50,551 bases of DNA from Bacteroidota bacterium (GCA_037143835.1 JBAWXY010000001.1:1-50551); one strand, 5' to 3'. Positions 26,447 through 39,093 are shown, numbered from the stretch's first letter. A program made the numbers and translations. Notes: generated by a model not told the origin, from the letters alone.

Positions 26447-26968
26447 TCACCATGTAAATGCATCGGAATCCATCCAATTGTTATGTAGTCTCAATACTTG
26501 TTCAATAACATCCCTTACACAACCTTCCCCGCCCTTCTTATCAGAAATATAAGCAGCAACCTGTTTAATCTCGCTGTCAGCATCGGAAGGGCAGACTGCA
26601 ACGCCAGCCTCTTTCATCACCTCAAAATCAGGGATATCGTCACCCATGTATAAAACGTCAGATTTATTAATATTGTGTTTTTTAAGAAAAATATTAAAAT
26701 GGTCCAGCTTAGAGCGACTGTTGAGGTAAATATCAGTTACGCCAAGCAACTTGAGTCTCTTTTGATATTCTTTTGATCTGCTTCCCGAAATAACACCAAT
26801 ATAATAGCCCTTCCTAACTGCAAGTTGCATGGCATAACCATCGCGAAGGTTAACAGTTCTGTTTGGTACACCAAAAGAATTCAGGTTGATTGTTTGCAAC
26901 GACAATACTCCATCGATATCAAATAAAAATGCCTTAACTCTAACAAGGTCTTCCTTAAAATTAGTCAT
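26447..26968 (-). CDS. kdsC: KDO 8-phosphate phosphatase (HAD-IIIA)
   Basis: FLFDIDGVL HAD motif I and GDDIPD motif. 173 aa, the typical KdsC size. Confidence 0.8.
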   Translation of the reverse strand: MTNFKEDLVRVKAFLFDIDGVLSLQTINLNSFGVPNRTVNLRDGYAMQLAVRKGYYIGVISGSRSKEYQKRLKLLGVTDIYLNSRSKLDHFNIFLKKHNINKSDVLYMGDDIPDFEVMKEAGVAVCPSDADSEIKQVAAYISDKKGGEGCVRDVIEQVLRLHNNWMDSDAFTW

Positions 26969-26971
26969 TTA

Positions 26972-27751
26972 TCACGATTTATTATAGTATTTAATTATAG
27001 ACCGGGTCAGCTCACTATATAACCTCTGCAATTCAGGCGAGAAAGATAGTAATTCCAAATGTTTTTCGATAGTATTCTGATCATTTCGTACAGCAGGTCC
27101 CGTTTGGGAGTTTTCAGGTCCGGTATCCATCGCTTTTGAAATAGTCTCTTTTACTAAAGGTCCGAGTACTTCGAAGGGAAAACCTGCATTGAAGGCTAGC
27201 TCCTTACCTGCTGTAAGCATATGATTTGTAAAATTACAGACAAACACAGCAGCAAGATGAAGCATCCTTCTATGTTCAGTATCAACAAAATGAACTTTAC
27301 CTCCGATTGATCCTGCCAGGTTTTCTAAAATTACTAATGATTCTTTATCTGATGATTCAAGTAAAAAAGGGAGATCTTTAAAAACGACTTTTCTTTCTTT
27401 TGAAAAAGTTTGTAGCGGATAAAAAATGCCCTTTCGTTTTATATGTTCAGGAAAAACATCAAGGCCAATACTTCCAGCTGTATGTACAACTAAAGTATCG
27501 GGGCGGCATTTAAGTGTACTCAGAACACTTTTAATCCTGTGATCAGGTACAGCAACAATAATGACACCGGTTGAATCGGGAAATTTAAGGTTAGTTGACC
27601 ATGATGCTTTACAGGAATCAGCAAGTAACCGGCCGCTATTTTCTGATTCTGAAACTATCAGATCAATCCTGAAGCCGACATGATACAACTCTCTGCATAA
27701 AGCGCCTGCCACTCTTCCTGCTCCTGCAAAAGATATGTTGTATTGAATCAT
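26972..27751 (-). CDS. Rossmann-like plus DUF2520 domain protein
   Basis: Track ORF 26972..27814, started here at the ATG at 27751 (MIQYNISFAGAGRVAGAL, a GxGxxG motif at the N-terminus). Confidence 0.65.
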   Translation of the reverse strand: MIQYNISFAGAGRVAGALCRELYHVGFRIDLIVSESENSGRLLADSCKASWSTNLKFPDSTGVIIVAVPDHRIKSVLSTLKCRPDTLVVHTAGSIGLDVFPEHIKRKGIFYPLQTFSKERKVVFKDLPFLLESSDKESLVILENLAGSIGGKVHFVDTEHRRMLHLAAVFVCNFTNHMLTAGKELAFNAGFPFEVLGPLVKETISKAMDTGPENSQTGPAVRNDQNTIEKHLELLSFSPELQRLYSELTRSIIKYYNKS

Positions 27752-27854
27752 CACTGAATTTTTCTGAAATATACAAAATTGTCCGGATAATAAATAACCG
27801 AAAAAAAAGTACAACTTAACTTATGGGAGAAATCTGGTTTGGGAAAGGCCAGAA

Positions 27855-28256
27855 TTATTTTTTTCCGTAAAGATCTACTGTGACGTCAGTAACCTGGATC
27901 ATATAGACTTTGTAATAGGTCTGGTAAGAATAATTACTGGTCTGGTAGAGATAATTACATTCCCAATAAACATGGCCCGATACAAGAAGTATATCGCCCG
28001 ATTTATAGTCTGCAAATTTGGGGAACATCTCACCAGGATTGCAGAAATTGTATGTTGAATAAGGATCATCTAACGGTGTAAAATAGATATTTGTTCCTGT
28101 CTCATTATAAATAACTGTTGCCTGCCTATTAGTAAGTGTAAAGAGAATATCTTTCCCGCAACCGCATTTTGCCTGCTTTTTGCAACCTGAATAGGAGAAA
28201 ACGGGTGCCAATATTATCAATACTACAAGAATTTTCCTTATTATTTGACCTCTCAT
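27855..28256 (-). CDS. Hypothetical lipoprotein
   Basis: Signal peptide with lipobox FSYSGC. 133 aa, Tyr/Asn-rich, no recognised motif. Confidence 0.55.
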   Translation of the reverse strand: MRGQIIRKILVVLIILAPVFSYSGCKKQAKCGCGKDILFTLTNRQATVIYNETGTNIYFTPLDDPYSTYNFCNPGEMFPKFADYKSGDILLVSGHVYWECNYLYQTSNYSYQTYYKVYMIQVTDVTVDLYGKK

Positions 28257-28311
28257 TTAAGAATTATCTAACAGGTTTACAAACTAATAACGGACAAAGT
28301 AAATTTTTATT

Positions 28312-28629
28312 TCATGCCTGGGCAGTAGGTCCACCAAAACTTAATGGTATTGCAGGTCCCGACCCTTTCACTTCTTTAATTGTTCCGTGAACAGACTCAT
28401 ACTTGGCAATATTATCCTGAAGTGCTGCAACAAGTCTTTTTGCATGTTCAGGAGTAAGTATTATCCTCGATTTAACCTGTGCCTTTGGTATCCCGGGCAT
28501 TATTCTTACAAAGTCGATAACGAATTCAGATGCTGAATGGGTTATAACCGCAAGGTTCGAATAAGTTCCCTGAGCAACTTCTTCATTCAGTTCAATACTG
28601 ATCTGTGTCGGGTTCTTGGGATCTGTCAT
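28312..28629 (-). CDS. DUF3467 domain protein, co-transcribed with rpoC
   Basis: Track ORF 28312..28698 overlaps the rpoC 3' end. The ATG at 28629 (MTDPKNPTQISIELNEEVAQGTYSNLAVITHSASEFVIDF) sits 16 nt after the rpoC stop. Confidence 0.7.
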   Translation of the reverse strand: MTDPKNPTQISIELNEEVAQGTYSNLAVITHSASEFVIDFVRIMPGIPKAQVKSRIILTPEHAKRLVAALQDNIAKYESVHGTIKEVKGSGPAIPLSFGGPTAQA

Positions 28630-28645
28630 TGCCTTATAATTAATC

Positions 28646-31600
28646 CTATTTTTTTGGTTCGGTTTCAGTTTCCTGTTCGATGCCAACAAGGTTTTCATAC
28701 TCCTCGAGTGAACCGACTATAATGCCATTGTACTGCCGCTGTCCGGTTCCTGCAGGAATAAGGTGGCCGACGATAACATTTTCCTTCAGTCCTTCAAGTC
28801 TGTCAATCTTGCCTAGAATCGCAGCTTCGTTCAGTACCTTAGTGGTTTCCTGGAAAGAAGCAGCTGAGAAGAAACTATTGGTCTGAAGTGCTGCTCTTGT
28901 AATACCCTGCAATACCTGGCTTGAAGTTGCGGGAATAGCATCTCTCGCTTCAACAATCTTCAGGTCGCGACGCTTCAGAACAGAATTGTCATCTCTGAGT
29001 TTACGGGCTGATATAATCATACCTGGCCGCAAAGTTTGTGAATCGCCACCCTCAATAATCACTTTCTTTCCATATATCCAGTCATTTTCATCCATAAAAT
29101 CCAGTTTATCAACAACCTGTCTTTCAAGGAATTTCGTATCACCCGGATCAACAATCTCCACCTTGCGCATCATCTGGCGGACAATGATTTCAAAGTGTTT
29201 ATCATTTATCTTAACTCCCTGTAAACGATAAACCTCCTGAATCTCATTAACAATATATTCCTGAACCTTTGTTGGCCCTTTAATCGCAAGTATATCGGCT
29301 GGAGTAATTGCACCATCTGAAAGTGGAATACCTGCCTTTACATAATCATTTTCCTGTACAAGGATCTGTTTTGAGAGTGGTACAAGGTATTTTTTTGTCT
29401 CATCAGTTTTTGACTTGATCGAAATTTCCCTGTTACCTCTTTTGATCTTTCCGAATGTTACTTCACCGTCGATCTCTGATACGGTGGCGGGGTTAGATGG
29501 ATTACGTGCTTCAAATAGTTCTGTAACACGAGGAAGACCACCTGTTATATCGCCCGATTTTCCAACGGCACGTGGTATTTTGGCAAGCACTTCTCCAGCC
29601 TCTACCATCTTATTGGTATCAACTACAAGGTGAGATCCTACAGGAAGGTTATATATTCTGAGCTCTTCACCTTTCGGGGATAAGATTTTTATTGCCGGGT
29701 TCTTTGTTTTGTCCCTGCTCTCAATAATAACTTTCTCCTTAAATCCGGTCTGTTCGTCAGACTCTTCACGGAATGTAATACCTTCAATAAGAAAATCATA
29801 TCCGATCTTTCCTGCCATTTCAGAAATAATAACGGCATTAAAAGGATCCCATTCGCAGATAAGTTTACCCTTTTCAATCTCCTGTCCTGGCTTAATATAA
29901 AGTTTTGAGCCATAAGGAATTGTATGTGTTGTGAGAGCAATACCGGTTTTCTTGTCAACTATCCTTAATTCTGCAAGACGTCCGATAACTATATCAATTT
30001 CACCTTTTTCAGTATCTTTTTTAGGAACTGTTCTGATCTCCTCAATTTCAGCTATACCACCGTAACGTGCAACAAGCCTCGACTCGGTAGTAATGTTCGA
30101 TGCAGTACCTCCAACGTGGAATGTACGAAGAGTCAGCTGAGTACCGGGTTCACCAATACTCTGAGCGGCAATAACACCGACTGCTTCACCTTTCTGAACC
30201 ATACGCCCGTTAGCCAGGTTACGACCATAGCATTTTGCACATACTCCTTTTTTGGATTCGCACGTAAGGACAGAACGGATCTCAACCTGCTCAATAGGAG
30301 AATCTTCAATTTTCCTGGCAAGATCTTCAGTAAGTTCCCGCCCTGATTCAACAATCAGTTCGCCGGTAAGGGGGTGGTACACATTATGAACAGTTGTACG
30401 GCCGAGAATTCTTTCGTACAGAGATTCAACTACTTCCTCATTCTTCTTGATGGCAGTAGCAACCAATCCTCTCAGTGTACCACAGTCTTCCTCATTAATG
30501 ATGACATCCTGTGAAACGTCAACCAGACGACGGGTCAGATAACCTGCGTCTGCTGTTTTTAAAGCGGTATCGGCAAGACCTTTACGTGCACCGTGGGTTG
30601 AAATGAAGTATTCAAGAACCGACAATCCCTCTTTAAAGTTAGACAGAATCGGGTTTTCAATAATCTCGGAACCTGATGAACCTGATTTCTGAGGCTTAGC
30701 CATAAGACCCCTCATACCTGAAAGCTGACGTATCTGTTCCTTTGAACCCCTTGCACCTGAATCAAGCATCATGTAAACAGAATTAAACCCCTGCTTATCA
30801 TTTGAAAGCTGCTTCATCAGCGTTTGTGTAAGCCTCGCATTAACATGTGTCCAGATATCAATTATCTGGTTATATCGTTCATTATTGGTAATGAATCCCA
30901 TACTATAGTTACTCAGCACCTCTTCAACCTGCTCATATCCCTCAGCAACGAATTTTGTCTTTTCATCAGGTATGATTACATCATCCAGGTTAAATGACAA
31001 ACCGCCTTTAAATGCGGAATAGAATCCGAGGTTTTTAATCGCATCGAGGAAATCAGCAGTTTTTGCAGTTCCGGCAAGTTTAAGAACCCGCCCGATTATA
31101 TCTCTTAATGATTTTTTTGTTAAGATCTCATTGATGAAACCAACCTCCCGGGGAACATATTGATTAAAGATAACTCTTCCAACGGTTGTCTCAACCAGGT
31201 GGTTAACGAACTCCCCATCAACCCTGTCGTCAACTTTAACTTTAATAACAGCGTGAAGATCAATCTGTCCTTCGTTATATGCAATATTAACCTCTTCTGG
31301 CGAGTAGAAAATAAGTCCTTCTCCTCTAACCTTCTCGGTTTCAGTGCTTTTCCTTCCTTTTGTAATATAATAAAGACCAAGAACCATGTCCTGCGACGGA
31401 ACAGTTATGGGGGCACCGTTAGCCGGGTTTAGAATATTGTGTGAAGCGAGCATGAGCATCTGAGCCTCCAGAACCGCACCATTGCCAAGTGGAAGATGAA
31501 CAGCCATCTGGTCACCATCGAAGTCAGCGTTAAAAGCAGTACAAACAAGTGGATGGAGCTGGATAGCTTTTCCTTCAATTAGTTTTGGCTGAAAAGCCTG

Positions 31601-32938
31601 AATACCAAGCCTGTGAAGAGTCGGAGCACGGTTTAGAAGGACTGGATGTCCTTTAAGTACGTTTTCCAGAATATCCCATACGACTGGATCTTTTCTGTCG
31701 ACAATTTTCTTTGCCGATTTAACTGTTTTTACAATACCGCGTTCAATCAGTTTACGGATAATGAATGGCTTATAAAGTTCTGCAGCCATATCTTTTGGCA
31801 AACCGCATTCGTGCAGTCCGAGTTCAGGGCCAACGACAATTACGGAACGGGCAGAGTAGTCAACTCTTTTACCGAGCAGGTTCTGACGGAACCTCCCCTG
31901 TTTTCCTTTAAGGCTATCACTTAACGACTTAAGAGGGCGGTTAGCATCTGTCTTTACGGCATTTGCTTTCCGTGAGTTATCGAAGAGAGAATCGACAGCT
32001 TCCTGAAGCATGCGCTTTTCGTTGCGCAGGATCACTTCCGGAGCTTTGATCTCAATAAGTCTTTTCAGACGGTTATTCCTGATGATCACCCTTCTGTAAA
32101 GGTCATTCAGGTCGCTGGTCGCAAATCGTCCGCCATCAAGAGGAACAAGAGGCCTCAGTTCAGGAGGAATAACAGGGACCACCTTTATGATCATCCATTC
32201 AGGTTTGTTAACCAGTTTGGAATCTCTGAAAGCTTCAACAACCTGAAGACGTTTAAGTGCCTCATTTTTACGCTGTTGAGAAGTTTCTGTATTAGCTCTA
32301 TGACGAAGTGAATATGACATATCGTCAAGATCGATACGGCTGAGAAGTTTATAAAGAGCCTCAGCGCCCATATCTGCAACAAACTTATCAGGGTGACTAT
32401 CTTCAAGATATTGGTTTTCTTTTGGAAGGGATTCCGTAATCTCCAGATATTCCTCTTCTGTCAGAAAATCGAGATATTTGACACCATCCACTGCTTTTAC
32501 ACCAGGGTTGATTACGACATATCTCTCATAATAAATAATAGAATCAAGCTTCTTGGTCGGAAGTCCAAGCAGATATCCGATTTTATTCGGTAATGAGCGG
32601 AAATACCAGATATGGGCAACAGGAACTACAAGAGAAATGTGCCCCATCCTTTCACGACGAACCTTCTTTTCTGTAACCTCAACACCGCAACGGTCGCAAA
32701 CGATTCCTTTATAACGGATTCTTTTGTACTTTCCGCAATGGCACTCGTAATCTTTTACCGGACCAAAAATCCTTTCGCAGAATAGGCCATCGCGCTCAGG
32801 CTTATAAGTACGGTAATTTATCGTCTCTGGCTTCAATACTTCACCACTTGAGCGATCAAGTATTTCTTCAGGTGAAGCAAGACCTATTGAGATTTTTGAG
32901 TAATTGGTCCTTGTTTTGTTATCTCTTCTGAATGACAT
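28646..32938 (-). CDS. rpoC: DNA-directed RNA polymerase subunit beta'
   Basis: 1430 aa. Zinc motif [23 protein letters not shown] and the catalytic [12 protein letters not shown]. Confidence 0.99.
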   Translation of the reverse strand: MSFRRDNKTRTNYSKISIGLASPEEILDRSSGEVLKPETINYRTYKPERDGLFCERIFGPVKDYECHCGKYKRIRYKGIVCDRCGVEVTEKKVRRERMGHISLVVPVAHIWYFRSLPNKIGYLLGLPTKKLDSIIYYERYVVINPGVKAVDGVKYLDFLTEEEYLEITESLPKENQYLEDSHPDKFVADMGAEALYKLLSRIDLDDMSYSLRHRANTETSQQRKNEALKRLQVVEAFRDSKLVNKPEWMIIKVVPVIPPELRPLVPLDGGRFATSDLNDLYRRVIIRNNRLKRLIEIKAPEVILRNEKRMLQEAVDSLFDNSRKANAVKTDANRPLKSLSDSLKGKQGRFRQNLLGKRVDYSARSVIVVGPELGLHECGLPKDMAAELYKPFIIRKLIERGIVKTVKSAKKIVDRKDPVVWDILENVLKGHPVLLNRAPTLHRLGIQAFQPKLIEGKAIQLHPLVCTAFNADFDGDQMAVHLPLGNGAVLEAQMLMLASHNILNPANGAPITVPSQDMVLGLYYITKGRKSTETEKVRGEGLIFYSPEEVNIAYNEGQIDLHAVIKVKVDDRVDGEFVNHLVETTVGRVIFNQYVPREVGFINEILTKKSLRDIIGRVLKLAGTAKTADFLDAIKNLGFYSAFKGGLSFNLDDVIIPDEKTKFVAEGYEQVEEVLSNYSMGFITNNERYNQIIDIWTHVNARLTQTLMKQLSNDKQGFNSVYMMLDSGARGSKEQIRQLSGMRGLMAKPQKSGSSGSEIIENPILSNFKEGLSVLEYFISTHGARKGLADTALKTADAGYLTRRLVDVSQDVIINEEDCGTLRGLVATAIKKNEEVVESLYERILGRTTVHNVYHPLTGELIVESGRELTEDLARKIEDSPIEQVEIRSVLTCESKKGVCAKCYGRNLANGRMVQKGEAVGVIAAQSIGEPGTQLTLRTFHVGGTASNITTESRLVARYGGIAEIEEIRTVPKKDTEKGEIDIVIGRLAELRIVDKKTGIALTTHTIPYGSKLYIKPGQEIEKGKLICEWDPFNAVIISEMAGKIGYDFLIEGITFREESDEQTGFKEKVIIESRDKTKNPAIKILSPKGEELRIYNLPVGSHLVVDTNKMVEAGEVLAKIPRAVGKSGDITGGLPRVTELFEARNPSNPATVSEIDGEVTFGKIKRGNREISIKSKTDETKKYLVPLSKQILVQENDYVKAGIPLSDGAITPADILAIKGPTKVQEYIVNEIQEVYRLQGVKINDKHFEIIVRQMMRKVEIVDPGDTKFLERQVVDKLDFMDENDWIYGKKVIIEGGDSQTLRPGMIISARKLRDDNSVLKRRDLKIVEARDAIPATSSQVLQGITRAALQTNSFFSAASFQETTKVLNEAAILGKIDRLEGLKENVIVGHLIPAGTGQRQYNGIIVGSLEEYENLVGIEQETETEPKK

Positions 32939-32991
32939 ATGCTGAATATTTTTTTATTCTAAAACTAAAAATTCAAAACCTTGCGAAATAC

Positions 32992-35900
32992 TTAATCAAG
33001 TATTACGCTCAGTCCGAGACCTCTCAGTTCATGCAACAGAACATTAAGTGATTCGGGAATACCCGGGAAAGGCATTGGTTCGCCTTTCACAATTGCCTCA
33101 TATGCTTTGGCACGGCCAACAACATCATCAGATTTAATTGTGAGTATCTCCTGGAGAATATGAGCAGCCCCAAATGCTTCGAGGGCCCAGACTTCCATTT
33201 CACCAAAACGTTGACCTCCAAACTGAGCTTTACCACCTAACGGCTGCTGTGTAATGAGTGAGTAAGGTCCTATTGAGCGGGCATGCATCTTATCGTCAAC
33301 CATATGGCCAAGTTTAAGCATGTATATAACGCCTACGGTTGCAGGCTGGTCGAATCTTTCGCCTGTGCCACCATCATAGAGATATGTCTTCCCAAACTTC
33401 GGAAGGTTTGCCTCTTCGGTATAACCATTGATCTGACTAATAGTTGCACCATCAAAAATCGGTGTTGAGAACTGAAGTCCGAGTTTCTGACCGGCCCATC
33501 CGAGAACAGTTTCGTAAATCTGTCCAAGGTTCATCCTCGAGGGAACACCGAGTGGGTTCAAAACAATATCAACTGGTGTACCATCTTCAAGGAAAGGCAT
33601 ATCCTCGGCACGAACGATCCTGGCCACAATACCTTTGTTACCATGGCGGCCAGCCATCTTATCACCTACCTTAATCTTGCGTTTCTTGGCAATGTACACT
33701 TTTGCAAGACGTACAATACCTGCTGGCAGCTCATCACCAATTGTAATATTATATTTCTTGCGCTTGTAAGTACCATCAATCTCCTTATACTTAATAATAT
33801 AGTTATGGAGAAGTAGTTTGATACTGTCATTTTTCTTCTTATCGGTAGTCCACTTATTGGGATTGGCATTAAGAAAATCAACCTCCTGAAGTTGTTTCAG
33901 AGTGAACTTGCTTCCTTTAGGTATAACATCTACATTAAGATAATCCTTAACTCCCTGAGAAGTTTTTCCGTTAACAAGAATGAAAAGTTTATCAACAAGC
34001 CTTGCTTTAAGTTCATCAACACTTCTGTTGAACTCAGTTTCAATTTTGTCGAGCAGAGGTTTTTCCACTGCTTTGGCTTTCCTGTCTTTGATAGCCCTGG
34101 TAAACAGCTTTTTATCGATGACGACCCCTTCGAGGGAAGGGCCGGCTTTCAGAGATGCATCTTTAACATCGCCGGCTTTATCACCGAAGATAGCGCGCAG
34201 CAGTTTTTCTTCAGGTGAAGGATCTGATTCTCCTTTTGGTGTAATCTTACCGATAAGGATATCGCCTGGTCTGATGTGTGCTCCTATCCTGATAAGCCCA
34301 TTCTCATCGAGGTTTTTAGTAGCTTCCTCGCTTACATTAGGAATATCGGATGTAAGCTCTTCAAGACCACGTTTTGTGTCACGCACTTCAAGTTGGTATT
34401 CATCGATATGAACTGATGTGAAGTAGTCTTCCTGAACAACTTTCTCTGAGATTACAATTGCATCTTCAAAGTTATAACCTTTCCATGGCATGAAAGCCAC
34501 TTTGAGGTTTCTACCGAGAGCCAGTTCACCATGTTTAGTTCCATAACCTTCTGTAAGTACCTGTCCTTTAGTTACTTTTTCGCCTTTTTTTACAACTGGT
34601 ACAAGGTTGATACATGTATTCTGGTTTGTTTTCTTATATTTTGGAAGTGTATAACGTCTGATATCATCATCAAAGCTTACGAACTTCTCCTCATCGGTAC
34701 GTGTGTATCTTATAACAATTTCATTTGAATCGACAAATTCAACCACTCCGTCGCCTTCTGCCACGTATATAATGCGGCTGTCTCTGATCACCTGTGCCTC
34801 GAGACCAGTGCCAACTATGGGTGCTTCCGGGCTGATGAGCGGAACTGCCTGTCGCATCATGTTTGATCCCATGAGTGCCCTGTTTGCATCGTCGTGTTCA
34901 AGGAATGGAATAAGTGAAGCAGCTATTGAAGCAATCTGGTTTGGGGCAACGTCCATAAGATCTACCTTTGAAACTTCCTCAAATGGATAATCAGCTTCGT
35001 ATCTGCATTTTGCCCTGAGGTTTTCGAAATGTCCGTCTTTAAGGAGCGGAGCATTTGCCTGGGCAATCATTTTTTCTTCTTCTTCTTCAGCACTGAGCCA
35101 TACAACACCATCTTCACCGAAGTCGACCTGTGAATCCTTAACTTTAAGGTATGGCGTTTCGATAAATCCCAGAGTATTTATTTTGGCGTAAACGCATAGA
35201 GATGATATAAGCCCGATGTTTGGTCCTTCAGGAGTTTCGATAGGGCAAAGCCGTCCATAATGGGTATAGTGAACGTCCCTTACTTCAAATCCTGCTCTTT
35301 CACGGGAAAGACCTCCTGGTCCCAGGGCTGACATACGACGTTTGTGTGTCATTTCAGCAAGTGGGTTGGTCTGATCCATAAACTGCGACAGCTGGTTTGT
35401 TCCGAAGAATGAGTTAATTACCGATGAAAGGGTTTTTGAATTGATCAGGTCGACGGGTGTAAACACCTCATTATCCCTGACATTCATTCTTTCGCGTATT
35501 GTACGTGCCATACGGGCAAGACCTACGCCGAACTGTGAATGTAACTGTTCTCCAACAGTACGAACTCTTCTGTTACTTAGATGGTCGATATCGTCGATAT
35601 CGGTTTTGGAGTTAATAAGTTCGATAAGGTAACCGATAATCTTGATAATATCTTCTCTTGTAAGAATCTTAACATTCTTTTCGGTGTTAAGGCCCAGTTT
35701 CTTATTTATCCTGTAGCGTCCTACTTCACCAAGGTCATATCTTTTATCGGAGAAGAACAGCTTGTCAATAACATCGCGTGCTGTTGCTTCGTCGGGTGGT
35801 TCAGCGTTACGCAACTGACGGTAAATATAGATAACTGCCTCCTTTTCTGAGTTACAAGGATCTTTCTGAAGTGTGTTATATATTATTGCATAATCCGAGA

Positions 35901-36801
35901 GAGTTGAATCGTCTTTATGCAAAAGAATTGTTTTTGCACCTGAATCAACTATCATATCGACATGTTCCGATTCTATAACCGTTTCCCTGTCGAGGATTAC
36001 TTCATTTCTTTCAATTGAAACCACCTCACCTGTATCTTCGTCAACAAAGTCTTCGACCCATGTCTTCAGTACCCTGGCAGCCAGTTTACGTCCGACCAGT
36101 TTTTTTATACTTGTTTTTGATACTTTATGCTCTTCTGCAAGGTTAAAAATCTCGAGTATCTCCTTATCGCTCTCGAACCCGATAGCGCGGAGGAGAGTTG
36201 TTACCGGCAGTTTTTTCTTTCTGTCGATATATGCATACATCACATTATTGATATCGGTAGCAAACTCTATCCAGGAGCCTTTGAAAGGAATAATCCTGGC
36301 GGAATAGAGTTTAGTTCCGTTAGCATGAATGCTTTGACCAAAGAAAACCCCCGGGGATCTGTGTAACTGTGAAACAACCACTCTTTCAGCACCATTAATA
36401 ACAAATGTAGCACGATCCGTCATATAGGGTACGGTTCCAAGATAAACATCCTGGATAACTGTATCAAAATCCTCATGTTCGGGGTCGGTACAATAAAGTT
36501 TTAGTTTTGCTTTAAGAGGAACGCTGAAAGTAAGTCCGCGTTCGATACACTCTTCAATTGTATAGCGTGGAGGGTCAATATAATAATCCAGAAATTCAAG
36601 AACGAAATTGTTCCTTGTATCAGTTATAGGGAAATTTTCTGTAAAGACCTTAAAAAGTCCCTCTCTTTTCCTGTTTTCGGGAGTAGTTCCAAGTTGAAAG
36701 AACTCACCGAAGGATTTTAACTGAATCTCCAGAAAATCAGGGTATTCAAGCTGATTTTTTCTGGATGCGAAACTTATTCTTTCAGTATTTTTTGAAGACA
36801 T
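32992..36801 (-). CDS. rpoB: DNA-directed RNA polymerase subunit beta
   Basis: 1269 aa. Rifampicin-cluster region [34 protein letters not shown] and the C-terminal [18 protein letters not shown]. Confidence 0.99.
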   Translation of the reverse strand: MSSKNTERISFASRKNQLEYPDFLEIQLKSFGEFFQLGTTPENRKREGLFKVFTENFPITDTRNNFVLEFLDYYIDPPRYTIEECIERGLTFSVPLKAKLKLYCTDPEHEDFDTVIQDVYLGTVPYMTDRATFVINGAERVVVSQLHRSPGVFFGQSIHANGTKLYSARIIPFKGSWIEFATDINNVMYAYIDRKKKLPVTTLLRAIGFESDKEILEIFNLAEEHKVSKTSIKKLVGRKLAARVLKTWVEDFVDEDTGEVVSIERNEVILDRETVIESEHVDMIVDSGAKTILLHKDDSTLSDYAIIYNTLQKDPCNSEKEAVIYIYRQLRNAEPPDEATARDVIDKLFFSDKRYDLGEVGRYRINKKLGLNTEKNVKILTREDIIKIIGYLIELINSKTDIDDIDHLSNRRVRTVGEQLHSQFGVGLARMARTIRERMNVRDNEVFTPVDLINSKTLSSVINSFFGTNQLSQFMDQTNPLAEMTHKRRMSALGPGGLSRERAGFEVRDVHYTHYGRLCPIETPEGPNIGLISSLCVYAKINTLGFIETPYLKVKDSQVDFGEDGVVWLSAEEEEEKMIAQANAPLLKDGHFENLRAKCRYEADYPFEEVSKVDLMDVAPNQIASIAASLIPFLEHDDANRALMGSNMMRQAVPLISPEAPIVGTGLEAQVIRDSRIIYVAEGDGVVEFVDSNEIVIRYTRTDEEKFVSFDDDIRRYTLPKYKKTNQNTCINLVPVVKKGEKVTKGQVLTEGYGTKHGELALGRNLKVAFMPWKGYNFEDAIVISEKVVQEDYFTSVHIDEYQLEVRDTKRGLEELTSDIPNVSEEATKNLDENGLIRIGAHIRPGDILIGKITPKGESDPSPEEKLLRAIFGDKAGDVKDASLKAGPSLEGVVIDKKLFTRAIKDRKAKAVEKPLLDKIETEFNRSVDELKARLVDKLFILVNGKTSQGVKDYLNVDVIPKGSKFTLKQLQEVDFLNANPNKWTTDKKKNDSIKLLLHNYIIKYKEIDGTYKRKKYNITIGDELPAGIVRLAKVYIAKKRKIKVGDKMAGRHGNKGIVARIVRAEDMPFLEDGTPVDIVLNPLGVPSRMNLGQIYETVLGWAGQKLGLQFSTPIFDGATISQINGYTEEANLPKFGKTYLYDGGTGERFDQPATVGVIYMLKLGHMVDDKMHARSIGPYSLITQQPLGGKAQFGGQRFGEMEVWALEAFGAAHILQEILTIKSDDVVGRAKAYEAIVKGEPMPFPGIPESLNVLLHELRGLGLSVILD

Positions 36802-36829
36802 TTATTAAATGATTAAGTGAACTTATTAT

Positions 36830-36875
36830 TTAAAGAACAAAAAGGTTTAGTTCCGGAAATTCCGGAACTAAACCT
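36830..36875 (-). terminator. rplL-rpoB intergenic attenuator/terminator hairpin
   Basis: Perfect palindrome aggtttagttccgg(aa)-a-(tt)ccggaactaaacct at 36843-36875. On the transcribed (minus) strand it is followed by ttttgttcttt. Confidence 0.7.
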
Positions 36876-36898
36876 ATAACCCAGCAATCAGGTATAAC

Positions 36899-37276
36899 TT
36901 ATTTAAGTTCAACTTCAGCTCCTGCTTCTACTAATTGACTTTTTATTGCTTCAGCTTCATCTTTGGAAATACCTTCTTTAACTGGAGAAGGAGCAGCATC
37001 AACTACTGCTTTCGCTTCTTTCAGTCCGAGTCCGGTGATATCCTTAACAAGTTTAACAATCTGTAATTTCTGTCCGCCGGCTGCTTTGAGGATAACATCA
37101 AAAGTTGATTTCTCTTCAACAGCTGGTGCATCACTGCCGGCCGATGGACCTGCGACGGCCACGGCCGCTGCAGCAGGTTCAATACCATACTCATCTTTAA
37201 GTATTTTAGCCAGTTCGTTTACTTCTTTTACAGATAAGTTAACCAGTTCTTCTGCAAATTTCTTAAGATCTGCCAT
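36899..37276 (-). CDS. rplL: 50S ribosomal protein L7/L12
   Basis: 125 aa. Ala-rich hinge and the C-terminal domain [19 protein letters not shown]. Confidence 0.98.
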   Translation of the reverse strand: MADLKKFAEELVNLSVKEVNELAKILKDEYGIEPAAAAVAVAGPSAGSDAPAVEEKSTFDVILKAAGGQKLQIVKLVKDITGLGLKEAKAVVDAAPSPVKEGISKDEAEAIKSQLVEAGAEVELK

Positions 37277-37310
37277 TTTTATCGATTTTTAATTTGATTA
37301 TACTTTATTA

Positions 37311-37829
37311 TTATTCTCTTTTTGATAGCGTTTCAAGAACACCATGAATTTTAGTTCCACCTGATTGAAGGGCTGAAATAACGTTTTTGGCAGGTGACTG
37401 CAAAAGCATAATAATATCACCTATCAGTTCCTGTTTGGTTTTGATTGAGATTAGTGCATCAAGCATGTTATCTCCCACGTAAACTGATTCCTGAACGTAT
37501 GCGCCTTTAAGCACAGGTTTATCATGTTTCCTACGGAATTCCTTAATAAGTTTTGCAGGAACATTTCCCGATCGTGTGAACATGATGGACGTAGTACCTT
37601 TCAGAACCGGATATAGTTCTTCGAAGTTTCCATTAGACTGCTCGAGTGCTCTTTTGAGGAGAGTATTTTTTACAACAACAAGTTTAATGTCGTTGTCAAA
37701 ACACTTCCTTCTCAGATCACTTGTATCAGCGGCATTAAGCTGAGCAGTATCAGTCAGATAAAAGTGGCTGTACTCTTTTAATCTCTCAGCAAGGCTGTCT
37801 ATGATAGCATTTTTTTCTTCCCGTCTCAT
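37311..37829 (-). CDS. rplJ: 50S ribosomal protein L10
   Basis: The track ORF starts at a TTG at 37841. The ATG at 37829 (MRREEKNAIIDSLAERLKEY) matches the usual L10 N-terminus. Confidence 0.95.
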   Translation of the reverse strand: MRREEKNAIIDSLAERLKEYSHFYLTDTAQLNAADTSDLRRKCFDNDIKLVVVKNTLLKRALEQSNGNFEELYPVLKGTTSIMFTRSGNVPAKLIKEFRRKHDKPVLKGAYVQESVYVGDNMLDALISIKTKQELIGDIIMLLQSPAKNVISALQSGGTKIHGVLETLSKRE

Positions 37830-37857
37830 TTTTTCTTTCAAGTTTTAACTTAACTAA

Positions 37858-38553
37858 TTAATCATCAAGACCTTTTGGATCGATCTTAACACCTTGGCTC
37901 ATTGTGCTTGAGATGAATACGCTACGAATGTAGGTTCCTTTAGCAGCAGCCGGTTTAAGTTTGTTTACAATTGAGATAAACTCCCTTGCATTCTCGACGA
38001 TCTTTTGAGGTTCGAATGAGACTTTTCCTATCGAGGCATGAATGATTCCGCTTTTATCAACTTTGAAATCAATCTTACCCTGCTTCACTTCTTTAACAGC
38101 TTTACCAATTTCCATAGTAACAGTTCCACTTTTTGGGTTCGGCATCAGTCCGCGAGGACCGAGTATTCGACCTAACTGACCGACCTTTCCCATTACAGAT
38201 GGCATGGTTATTATAACATCCATATCTGTCCAACCGCCTTTGATCTTTTCGACATAATCGTCAAGACCAACGAAATCAGCTCCGGCTTCTTTTGCTTCAG
38301 CCTCCTTATCGGGGGAGCAAAGCACGAGTACACGTGTCTCTTTTCCTGTTCCGTGAGGGAGGGAAACAACACCGCGAACCATCTGATTGGATTTCCTCGG
38401 ATCTATACCTAACCTTACATCTAAATCGATCGAAGCATCGAACTTTGTTTTAGTTATTTCCTTAACCAAAGCAGAAGCTTCTTTCAATGTATAAAGTTTG
38501 TCCTTATCGAGTTTTTCAAGAGCAAACTTTTGGTTTTTGGTAAGTTTAGTCAT
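37858..38553 (-). CDS. rplA: 50S ribosomal protein L1
   Basis: 231 aa. [24 protein letters not shown] and [11 protein letters not shown] motifs. Confidence 0.98.
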   Translation of the reverse strand: MTKLTKNQKFALEKLDKDKLYTLKEASALVKEITKTKFDASIDLDVRLGIDPRKSNQMVRGVVSLPHGTGKETRVLVLCSPDKEAEAKEAGADFVGLDDYVEKIKGGWTDMDVIITMPSVMGKVGQLGRILGPRGLMPNPKSGTVTMEIGKAVKEVKQGKIDFKVDKSGIIHASIGKVSFEPQKIVENAREFISIVNKLKPAAAKGTYIRSVFISSTMSQGVKIDPKGLDD

Positions 38554-38569
38554 TTTTTCTCCTAATTAA

Positions 38570-39010
38570 TTATTTTACCGGGAATTCTCCTCTGACGGTA
38601 ATTCCCATACTTCTGGCGGTACCAGCTACCATTCGCATAGCGGACTCGACTGTAAAGCAGTTTAAGTCCTCCATTTTCTCCTCAGCAATTGTCTTGACCT
38701 GGTCCCAGGTTATTGATGCCACTTTGTCTCTGTTAGGTTCCTGAGAACCTTTCTTAGCTTTAGCAACTTCAAGAAGCTGAACAGCCACCGGTGGTGTTTT
38801 GGTAACAAAATCAAATGATTTATCACCATAAACTGTTATTACAACCGGTATTACTTTTCCAGCTTTGTCCTGAGTCCTCGCATTAAATTGCTTACAGAAA
38901 TCCATGATATTCACACCTTTCGAACCTAGTGCAGGTCCTACCGGTGGTGATGGATTAGCTCCTCCGCCACGAATCTGTAACTTGATAATTCCAGCAACTT
39001 CTTTTGCCAT
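38570..39010 (-). CDS. rplK: 50S ribosomal protein L11
   Basis: 146 aa. [21 protein letters not shown] motif. Confidence 0.98.
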   Translation of the reverse strand: MAKEVAGIIKLQIRGGGANPSPPVGPALGSKGVNIMDFCKQFNARTQDKAGKVIPVVITVYGDKSFDFVTKTPPVAVQLLEVAKAKKGSQEPNRDKVASITWDQVKTIAEEKMEDLNCFTVESAMRMVAGTARSMGITVRGEFPVK

Positions 39011-39093
39011 AATTTTAAATTTGCGTATTTATTGCGAGAGCTTGATAGTTATTCAGGAAGCATTATGAATATTACAACTATCAATATCTTCTG

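Noticed and set aside
33980-34411. Long antisense ORFs inside rpoB, rpoC, rplL, the SPFH gene, GH10 and the MFS genes (e.g. 33980..34411, 36963..37292, 13139..13603, 3246..3833, 6762..7364)
   Set aside because: Each lies fully inside a strongly supported gene on the other strand. Their composition (Ser/Leu/Ile-rich, or Ala/Ser-rich opposite Ala/Glu/Lys-rich regions) is what antisense frames produce. No motifs were found.
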